44,093 bases of DNA, taken from the NCBI GenBank assembly GCA_047519495.1, contig JAPVSX010000323.1:1-44093 (forward strand), written 5' to 3'. Position 1 is the stretch's first letter; each line of letters starts with the position of its first letter. The stretch comes from Armatimonadota bacterium (GTDB taxonomy: Bacteria > Sysuimicrobiota > Sysuimicrobiia > Sysuimicrobiales > Segetimicrobiaceae). The notes beneath the pieces were generated by a model. The model was not told the origin of the DNA. It was given only the letters and a program-made list of their open reading frames with translations, and searched no databases. Below are positions 25,114-31,401 of this stretch, piece by piece. A program made the translations under genes and the position numbers.

Positions 25114-25674
25114 GTGGACGAGCGGCATCCGCCCGACCCGACCGAGTTCCGCCGCCTGATGGGCCTGTTCGCGACCGGGGTGACGGTCGTGACGGCGCAG
25201 GCGGGCGTCGAGATGCACGGGATGACGGCCAACGCCGTGATGTCCGTGTCGCTCGATCCGCTGCTGGTGTGCATCTCGGTGAGCCGGCGCGCCAGGATGG
25301 ACGGATTCTTGAATCAGGCGGGCGGGTATGCGCTGAATATCCTGTCCGAGGACCAGCAGGCCCTCTCGCAGTTCTTCGCCGGCGCCTGGAAGCACGCGTC
25401 GCCGCCCGAGTACCGGCTGGAACCCTGGGTCGGCGGCCCGCGGCTCGTGGGGTGCGTTGCCGCGGTGGGCTGCCGGATCGACCGCGTCCTGGACGGCGGC
25501 GATCATCGCCTCTTCCTGGGGCGCGTGCTCGCCCTGCACCGGACCGAGGGACCGCTCCTGCCGCTGCTGTTCTTCGGCGGCCGCTACCACCGGCTGCGGG
25601 AGCCTGCGGGGGCGCCGCGAGATCCCATCGAGGTCTGGAACCCCGAGGAGGTGCAGATCTTCTATGAACCCTGA
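25114..25674 (+). CDS. hpaC: flavin reductase (NAD(P)H:flavin oxidoreductase), HpaC-like
   Basis: 186-aa ORF with a GTG start: FRRLMGLFATGVTVVTA...GMTANAVMSVSLDPLLVCISV...HRLFLGRV, the flavin reductase-like domain pattern. It lies directly downstream of hpaB. Confidence 0.85.
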   Translation: MDERHPPDPTEFRRLMGLFATGVTVVTAQAGVEMHGMTANAVMSVSLDPLLVCISVSRRARMDGFLNQAGGYALNILSEDQQALSQFFAGAWKHASPPEYRLEPWVGGPRLVGCVAAVGCRIDRVLDGGDHRLFLGRVLALHRTEGPLLPLLFFGGRYHRLREPAGAPRDPIEVWNPEEVQIFYEP

Positions 25675-26677
25675 GATCGATCTCACGCCGGGGCACCCTG
25701 CGTTCAATATCATCCGGACCGGCCACATCGAGTTTCGCGTGACCGACCTGGGGCGGGCCCGCGCCTTCTACGTCGACCTGCTGGGATTTGTCGAGAGCGA
25801 GCGGGACGGAGACCGTCTCTACTTGCGCGGGTATGAGGAGCGCGATCACCACAGCCTCGTGCTGCGGCGCGCCCCCACTCCGGGCGTCGGCCACATCGCC
25901 TTCCGGGTGGCGTCCGAGGAGGACCTGAGCCGGCTGGAGCACCTGCTCCGCCATCACGACCTGCCCGTGCGCTGGGCCCACGAGGAAGCCGGCGAGGGCC
26001 GGGCGCTGCGCGTGCAAGACCCGGCGGGCCTGCCGGTCGAATTCTTCCACCAGATCGACCAGGCGGAACGCCTGCTGCAGCGGTTCGACCTGTATCGCGG
26101 CGCGTGCGTGATGCGGCTCGACCACTTCAACTGCCAGGTCCCCGACGTCGCGGCGGCGGCGCGCTGGTACCAAAAAGAGCTGGGCTTCGGCTGCTCGGAG
26201 TATGTCGAGGGCCCCGATGGTCCGCCGCAGGTGTGGGGGATCTGGCTGCACCGGAAGCAGAACGTCCACGACATCGCGCTCATGACCGGGATCGGTCCCC
26301 GCCTGCATCATGCCGGGTTCTGGGTGCAGGATCAGCAGAGCGTGCTGCGCGCCTGCGACATCCTGGCCGCGGCAACGATGACCGATCGGATCGAGCGGGG
26401 CCCCGGCCGGCACGGGCTGTCCAACGCCTGCTTTCTCTATCTTCGCGATCCGGACAACAACCGCATCGAGCTGTACACCGGCGACTACCTGATTGCCGAT
26501 CCGGACTGGCAGCCGATCCGATGGGCGTTCGATGACCCGCAGCGAGCCACCTATTGGGGACACCCGGCGCCCGCCTCGTGGTTCGACGAGGCCTCCCGGG
26601 TGGAATCCACCGTCGACGGCTCGTTCGTGGAGACACGACCGCCGCGGCTGCGGGACCGGCCCGGCGTCGTGACGTAG
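25664..26677 (+). CDS. hpaD: 3,4-dihydroxyphenylacetate (homoprotocatechuate) 2,3-dioxygenase-like type I extradiol dioxygenase
   Basis: C-terminal 337 aa of track ORF 25457..26677, from ATG 25664: MNPEIDLTPGHPAFNIIRTGHIEFRVTDL...GHIAFRV...RLDHFNCQV...LHHAGFWV...FLYLRDPDNNRIELY. It has two VOC modules and overlaps hpaC by 11 nt. Confidence 0.82.
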   Translation: MNPEIDLTPGHPAFNIIRTGHIEFRVTDLGRARAFYVDLLGFVESERDGDRLYLRGYEERDHHSLVLRRAPTPGVGHIAFRVASEEDLSRLEHLLRHHDLPVRWAHEEAGEGRALRVQDPAGLPVEFFHQIDQAERLLQRFDLYRGACVMRLDHFNCQVPDVAAAARWYQKELGFGCSEYVEGPDGPPQVWGIWLHRKQNVHDIALMTGIGPRLHHAGFWVQDQQSVLRACDILAAATMTDRIERGPGRHGLSNACFLYLRDPDNNRIELYTGDYLIADPDWQPIRWAFDDPQRATYWGHPAPASWFDEASRVESTVDGSFVETRPPRLRDRPGVVT

Positions 26678-26761
26678 GCGGCGTCTGCGGCGCCGGCAAC
26701 TCCACAGCGTGTGGCGCGCGTGCGGGAGCTACAAACCGGCTCGACGCCGGCATTCGTCGGT

Positions 26762-26782
26762 ACGGACCACCGGCGGGTCCGT
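26762..26782. terminator. candidate bidirectional stem-loop between convergent hpaD and hpaF (ACGGACC-accggcg-GGTCCGT)
   Basis: A perfect 7-bp stem with a 7-nt loop in the 124-nt convergent gap. There is no clear U-tract, so it is at best a weak intrinsic terminator. Confidence 0.3.
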
Positions 26783-26801
26783 TGCGGCGGAAGAGCTCAC
26801 A

Positions 26802-27203
26802 TCACTCCCGCCCTGCCGTCCGGCGCTGCAGGTGCTCGTGGATGTCGTTGTACCGTAGCGCCGTCTCGGGATCGATCTCCTCGATTTCGAGCGAGAGGGC
26901 GAGGGTGTTGGCCGCGCGCGCCGCCGCGAGCCCATCGCGCAGGGCCGAGAACACCTGCTCGCCGGCGCGCTTGCGCGTGGCCAGGTCGCGCCCGCGGGCA
27001 ATCCGCATCAGGACGTGGACGAAGGCGTGCCTGGGATCACCGTCGGCGATCCGGTAATGCCGCGAGACATGCACGCGGGTGCGAATGCCGCCGAGCGGAA
27101 AGACGCCGGTGGCGATCGCGGCCTCGTGCAGCGCGCGGACAAGGTCGTCGAGCGAGACCGTCGTTGCGAGGTTTTCAGAACACTCGACGATCAGGTGCGG
27201 CAC
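26802..27203 (-). CDS. hpaF: 5-carboxymethyl-2-hydroxymuconate delta-isomerase
   Basis: Track ORF 26802..27308 trimmed to GTG 27203, which has AGGAGGGG 4 nt upstream. The N-terminus VPHLIVECSENL is the hallmark Pro-1 tautomerase-type start of CHM isomerase. Length is 133 aa. Confidence 0.85.
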   Translation of the reverse strand: MPHLIVECSENLATTVSLDDLVRALHEAAIATGVFPLGGIRTRVHVSRHYRIADGDPRHAFVHVLMRIARGRDLATRKRAGEQVFSALRDGLAAARAANTLALSLEIEEIDPETALRYNDIHEHLQRRTAGRE

Positions 27204-27293
27204 AGGTCCCCTCCTGACGCCGTCACCGGCCCGCCTTGTGGCGGGGCCAACGGTGCTGTCACCATGCGCGTTGGCCGGCGACCGGGTATTGGG

Positions 27294-27303
27294 TAGCATG
27301 CTA
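27294..27303. promoter_or_regulatory. perfect 10-bp palindrome TAGCATGCTA in the hpaF / dapA-like divergent region
   Basis: Read directly. It lies between the divergent starts 27203 (-) and 27345/27396 (+). TAGCAT also fits a TAnnnT -10 pattern. TTGACA at 27315-27320 has no properly spaced -10. Confidence 0.3.
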
Positions 27304-27395
27304 CACATATCTCATTGACAGGACGGCGTCAAGGGAGGTTGCGTATGGCGAGAGCCCGCACCTCCGCGCCGAAGAACCGGGAGGGAGATCGCCCG

Positions 27396-28292
27396 ATGGA
27401 TTCGACGGTAAGCCGCCTCAGGGGTTCGATCCCGCCGCTGGTGACGCCATTCAGAGACGGGGCGGTGGACTACGCGGCCTATGCGGGAATGGTCGAGTTC
27501 CAGATTGCGAACGGATCGCATGGAGTTCTGGTCAATGGCACCTCCGCTGAACCGTCGAGCCTGACGATCGAGGAGCGGAACCGGTTGGTCGATGTGGCGG
27601 TGCGGGCGGCGGCCGGGCGCGTTCCGGTGGTGGCGGCCACCGGATCGCAGTCGCTCGCCGACACCCGGGTCCTCACCGCCCACGCCGCCGGGGCCGGCGC
27701 CGACGCGCTCCTCGTTGTGACGCCGTATTACGTGCGCCCCCCGCAGCGCGGCCTCGTCGCCTACTACCTCGAGCTGGCGGGGATGCACGACCTCCCGTGG
27801 ATGGTCTACCACATCCCCGGGCGGGCCGCGGTCGGCGTGACCCTGGAGACGCTGCACGAGATCGCTGCCGGCTCGGAGACCTTCGTCGGTATGAAGCATG
27901 CGGCGAACGATCTCGGGCTTGTCTCCGACTGCATCGCGGCGTTCGGTGATGACTTCCGCATCTTCGTCGGGTTGGAAGAGCTGAGCTTTCCGATGATGGC
28001 GATCGGCGCCTGCGGCCTCATGAATGCCGTCGGCAACCTGCGCCCCAGACTGCTTGCGGAGATGTGCGAGGCGGTGTGGCGAAACGACCTTGCGGCCGGG
28101 CGGGCCCTGCACCAGCGCCTGCTCGAGCTCAACAAGGCGGTGTTCTTTGACACCAATCCGATCCCGATCAAATACATGATGAAGCGGCTGGGCCTGCTCG
28201 CGACCAACGAGCACCGTCTGCCGATGGCGCCGGCGACGCCCGAGCTTGCCAGGCGGCTCGACGGTGTCCTTGAGCGCGCCGGCCTCGGGTAA
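27396..28292 (+). CDS. dihydrodipicolinate synthase / N-acetylneuraminate lyase family class I aldolase (DapA-like)
   Basis: Track ORF 27315..28292. ATG 27396 has GGGAGGGAG upstream and gives MDSTVSRLRGSIPPLVTPF...VNGTSAEPSSLT...VVTPYYVRP...FVGMKHA (Schiff-base Lys context). ATG 27345 is an alternative start, also with an RBS. Confidence 0.85.
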   Translation: MDSTVSRLRGSIPPLVTPFRDGAVDYAAYAGMVEFQIANGSHGVLVNGTSAEPSSLTIEERNRLVDVAVRAAAGRVPVVAATGSQSLADTRVLTAHAAGAGADALLVVTPYYVRPPQRGLVAYYLELAGMHDLPWMVYHIPGRAAVGVTLETLHEIAAGSETFVGMKHAANDLGLVSDCIAAFGDDFRIFVGLEELSFPMMAIGACGLMNAVGNLRPRLLAEMCEAVWRNDLAAGRALHQRLLELNKAVFFDTNPIPIKYMMKRLGLLATNEHRLPMAPATPELARRLDGVLERAGLG

Positions 28293-28307
28293 CGGAGGCC
28301 GTCCGGC

Positions 28308-29168
28308 ATGACGTTGCTCAGCTTTCGTATCGACAGCCGGGCGTCCTATGGGCTCCTTGTGGGGGACGGTGTGATAGATCTCGGTCGCCGTCTCGGGTCC
28401 CAGCTGCCCGACCTGCGCGCCCTGCTCGCCGCGGGCGCCCTCGGCCGGGCGGCGGAGATCGCCGCCTCCGCCTCAGCCGACTATGCCCTCGCGCAGGTCC
28501 GCCTCCTCAAACCCATTCCGACCCCTGACAAGTTCATCTGCGTCGGCGTCAACTATCGCGACCGGAACGAAGAGTACAAGGACGGCTCAGATCTTCCCCG
28601 CTATCCGAGTCTGTTCTTCCGCACGCCCGGCTCGCTCGTCGCCCATGGCGAGCCGATCGTCCGCCCTCCCGAATCCGCGCAGCTGGACTACGAAGGCGAG
28701 ATCGCCCTGATCGTCGGCCGCGCCGGCCGGCGCATCCCGGAAGCGCGGGCGATGGAGTGTGTCGCCGGGTTCTCTTGCGTGAACGAAGGGACGATTCGCG
28801 ACTGGCTGCGCCACGGCAAGTTCAATGTGACGCCCGGAAAGAATTTCGAGCGATCGGGCGCATTCGGCCCGTGGCTTGTCACGTCCGACGAGATCGGCGA
28901 CGCTGCCCTCAGCCTGACGACGCGCGTGAACGGCGAGCAGCGCCAGCACGACACGACCGACCGTCTGATGTTCTCGTTCCGCCATCTCATCACGTACATC
29001 TCGACCTTTTGCGAGTTGCATCCCGGCGACGTGATCGCCACCGGCACGCCGACCGGCGCCGGAGCGCGGTTCGATCCGCCGCGATATCTTCGCCCGGGAG
29101 ACGTGGTGGAGGTCGAGGTGCCGCGCGTGGGGTTGCTGCGCAACGAAGTCATCGAGGAAGCGCTCTAG
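28308..29168 (+). CDS. fumarylacetoacetate hydrolase family protein (HpaG/HpcE-type isomerase/decarboxylase or hydratase)
   Basis: 286-aa ORF: KFICVGVNYRDRNEE...LDYEGEIALIVGR...FSCVNEGTIRDW...GKNFERSGAFGPWLVT...GDVIATGTPTGAG, the FAH fold pattern. Confidence 0.87.
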   Translation: MTLLSFRIDSRASYGLLVGDGVIDLGRRLGSQLPDLRALLAAGALGRAAEIAASASADYALAQVRLLKPIPTPDKFICVGVNYRDRNEEYKDGSDLPRYPSLFFRTPGSLVAHGEPIVRPPESAQLDYEGEIALIVGRAGRRIPEARAMECVAGFSCVNEGTIRDWLRHGKFNVTPGKNFERSGAFGPWLVTSDEIGDAALSLTTRVNGEQRQHDTTDRLMFSFRHLITYISTFCELHPGDVIATGTPTGAGARFDPPRYLRPGDVVEVEVPRVGLLRNEVIEEAL

Positions 29169-29203
29169 CCCCACGCCGGGACACAGCGGCCTCCGAGGCA
29201 TGC

Positions 29204-29683
29204 CTAGTCCTGCCAGGCGCCCAGTACCCGCCGCAGCACGATCAGCTGCCCCAGGTGGTAGGCGTTGTGGTCGGCGACGAGCAGGATTTCGTGCAGGATC
29301 GTCGGCCCCTCCTTGTCATAAGGGACTCGGGCCAGGAGGTCCGTTTTGGGGTCGGCCACGAGATCCTGGAGCGCCTTGAGGTCCTTCCGGAACGCCCTGA
29401 TGCTCTTGTCCCAGGCGTCCTTGCCCGGCGGCTGCGCCGCCGGCCAGTAACCCTCCGGCCACTCCGGCGAGACGTGCTTCGGGTCGCGGATGTACTCGAG
29501 GATGTCCCACTGGCAGATGCGCATGTGCTCGACCTGCTGCCAGGGCGTGTACGGCGCGCCCTTCGGTTTTGCCCCGCGCAGCCTCTCGTCGAGGCCGGCC
29601 ACCGCCCGCTTGAACTCGACGTGGGCCCCGCGCCCGCTCAGCAGCTGCAGCACGTCGTCCCGTAGCGCCTTGTCGCTCTTCAC
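29204..29683 (-). CDS. DinB family protein
   Basis: 159-aa ORF with a GTG start that has AGGGAGGG 5 nt upstream. The C-terminal LLVADHNAYHLGQLIVLRRVLGAW is typical of the DinB/YfiT-like four-helix bundle. Confidence 0.75.
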   Translation of the reverse strand: MKSDKALRDDVLQLLSGRGAHVEFKRAVAGLDERLRGAKPKGAPYTPWQQVEHMRICQWDILEYIRDPKHVSPEWPEGYWPAAQPPGKDAWDKSIRAFRKDLKALQDLVADPKTDLLARVPYDKEGPTILHEILLVADHNAYHLGQLIVLRRVLGAWQD

Positions 29684-29839
29684 GCGCGCCCTCCCTATCC
29701 CGTGTCATCCGCCTCCGCATCCGGCGGACCCGCCGCACCTACGCTCTGCGCCGTGCCGCCCCCGTTTCCCTCCAGCGCGGGCCCCGGACGCCCCGCGCCC
29801 GGGGGCAGGGGAATCGGCGTCCGTGTCGTATGGTAGATC

Positions 29840-30808
29840 ATGGTTCTTTCCACAGAACAAAGGTTCGATGGAGCGAACAGGCTGAGAGGCGCGGCGTCTC
29901 CCGGCTCGGAGATCACCAGGGCCGCCCGGCAGTACCGGCCGGTCCCCGCCGTCGCGCGTGCGGCGGCGATCCTGCGCGCGCTTGGCGACGGCCGGGGCGA
30001 GGTCAGCCTGACCGACCTCGCCCGCCTGCTCCGGTTCCACAAGAGCACCGCGCACGGCATCCTGGCGACGCTGGCGGCGAACGGGCTCGTTGAGCGGGAC
30101 TCCTCGACCCGTCGCTACCGCCTCGGCCGGACGCTGGCCGCGCTGGGCCGCGCCGCGGCCGACCGCGAGGATCTCGGCGAACTGGCGCGCCCCCATCTCG
30201 TCCGGCTCGCGCGCCTCTCGCGCGAGACGGTCGCCCTCCACCTGCGGGCGGGCGGCGGCAGCGTCATCGTGGCGAGCGAGGAGTCGCCCCATCAGTTGAA
30301 GGTGACCGCGCCTTCCGGTCACCGGCTCCCCCCCTTCGCCGGTGCGGTCGCCAAGGTTCTTCAGGCGTTTGTGGATCACCCGGCGCTCCGGCTCCCTGCG
30401 CGGCTCCCCGCATACACACCCCAGGCGATCACCGACCCCTCCCGCTACCGGCAGGAACTCGGCCGGGTGCGGCGCGAGGGGGTGGCGTACGACGACGCGG
30501 AATACCTGCCCGGCGTCCGGGCGATCTCGGTACCCGTTTTCCGGGGCCGGCCATCAGAGAACGCGGAGGCCATCGGTGCGATGTCCATCGTCGGCGTGTC
30601 TGCCCGGATGACCACAGAAGATCTTCGCCGTCTCGCGCGTCCGCTCCAGGCCGCCGCCCGCGCCCTCTCGGAGGCGCTGCTCCCGGCGGCGCATCCGGGC
30701 GGCCTGCGCCGCGGGATGGGCGGATACACCAGAGGGGCGCGCAGGCCCGGCGTGGGCGCTGAGGCGGACCTGGGCGCCGCGGCGCAGGGAAGGCGGCAGC
30801 GCCTGTGA
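29840..30808 (+). CDS. IclR family transcriptional regulator (with about 50-aa low-complexity C-terminal tail)
   Basis: 322-aa ORF: VARAAAILRALGDGRGEVSLTDLARLLRFHKSTAHGILATLAANGLVERD (winged HTH), then an IclR effector-domain pattern ...GVAYDDAEYLPGVRAISVPVF. The stop overlaps the GTG of the next gene (GTGA at 30805-30808). Confidence 0.88.
   Translation: MVLSTEQRFDGANRLRGAASPGSEITRAARQYRPVPAVARAAAILRALGDGRGEVSLTDLARLLRFHKSTAHGILATLAANGLVERDSSTRRYRLGRTLAALGRAAADREDLGELARPHLVRLARLSRETVALHLRAGGGSVIVASEESPHQLKVTAPSGHRLPPFAGAVAKVLQAFVDHPALRLPARLPAYTPQAITDPSRYRQELGRVRREGVAYDDAEYLPGVRAISVPVFRGRPSENAEAIGAMSIVGVSARMTTEDLRRLARPLQAAARALSEALLPAAHPGGLRRGMGGYTRGARRPGVGAEADLGAAAQGRRQRL
29843..29878 (+). 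promoter_or_regulatory. two tandem 5-6-5 inverted repeats, GTTCT-ttccac-AGAAC and GTTCG-atggag-CGAAC, 20 bp centre to centre (candidate IclR operator pair)
   Basis: Read directly, starting 3 nt after the ATG of the IclR gene. The two-helical-turn spacing and shared GTTCn-N6-nGAAC half-sites suggest dimer-of-dimers binding. Confidence 0.4.
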
Positions 30809-31401
30809 AGGTGACCCTCACGCTCCGGATCAACGGCGAGGCGCGGGACGTCGTCGTCCCTGTGCACAAGACCCTGCTGGAAGTCCTCCGGGAAGACCTG
30901 GGACTGACGGGGACCAAGCACGGGTGCGAGCTGGGTGAGTGCGGGACCTGCACGGTGCTGGTTGACGGGACCCCGGTGCTGAGCTGCCTGACCCTCCCGG
31001 TCGAGGTCCAGGATCAGGAGGTCACGACGGTCGAAGGGCTGGCCCAGGGCGGCGAGCTGCACCCGCTGCAGGCGGCATTTTCCGAGCTGGGCGCCGCCCA
31101 GTGCGGGTACTGCACACCGGGGATGCTGGTGGCGGCCAAGGCGCTGCTGGACCGGAACCCCGCCCCGACGCGCGAGGAAGTCGCCCAGTGGCTGGCGGGG
31201 AACCTCTGCCGGTGCACCGGGTATCTCAAGATCCTCGAGGCGGTGGACCTGGCCGCGGCCCGGATGCGCGGCGAGACCCCGCCGGGACCCGGTGTGGGGA
31301 GGCGCGACCCCTCACGCACCGCAAGTCCTGCGGAAGCCGATGCGGCGGCGGCGGGCGCTCCGGGCGCCCGTGGGGCCGGGCCTGCGGGAGGACGGAGATG
31401 A
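30805..31401 (+). CDS. hcrC: (2Fe-2S)-binding small subunit of a xanthine dehydrogenase-family molybdoenzyme (HcrC/CoxS-like)
   Basis: 198-aa ORF: LRINGEARDVVVPVHKTLLEVLREDLGLTGTKHGCELGECGTCTVLVDG...CGYCTPGM...NLCRCTGY, with both 2Fe-2S motifs. The gene order small-large-medium matches hcrCAB. Confidence 0.85.
   Translation: MKVTLTLRINGEARDVVVPVHKTLLEVLREDLGLTGTKHGCELGECGTCTVLVDGTPVLSCLTLPVEVQDQEVTTVEGLAQGGELHPLQAAFSELGAAQCGYCTPGMLVAAKALLDRNPAPTREEVAQWLAGNLCRCTGYLKILEAVDLAAARMRGETPPGPGVGRRDPSRTASPAEADAAAAGAPGARGAGPAGGRR

Noticed and set aside
27290-27300. The shared 11-mer TGGGTAGCATG at 27290-27300 and 35242-35252 as a common regulator site linking the dapA-like and SDR genes.
   Set aside because: A rough expectation for one chance 11-mer match among about 2.5 kb of intergenic sequence is close to one, so the repeat alone is not significant. 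It is kept only as a weak -10-like (TAGCAT) note.
27315-27320. The perfect -35 hexamer TTGACA upstream of the dapA-like gene as a confident promoter call.
   Set aside because: No acceptable -10 lies at 16-19 nt spacing (GTTGCG at 17 nt, TATGGC at 22 nt). The hexamer is also the TTG used by the ORF track as an artificial start.
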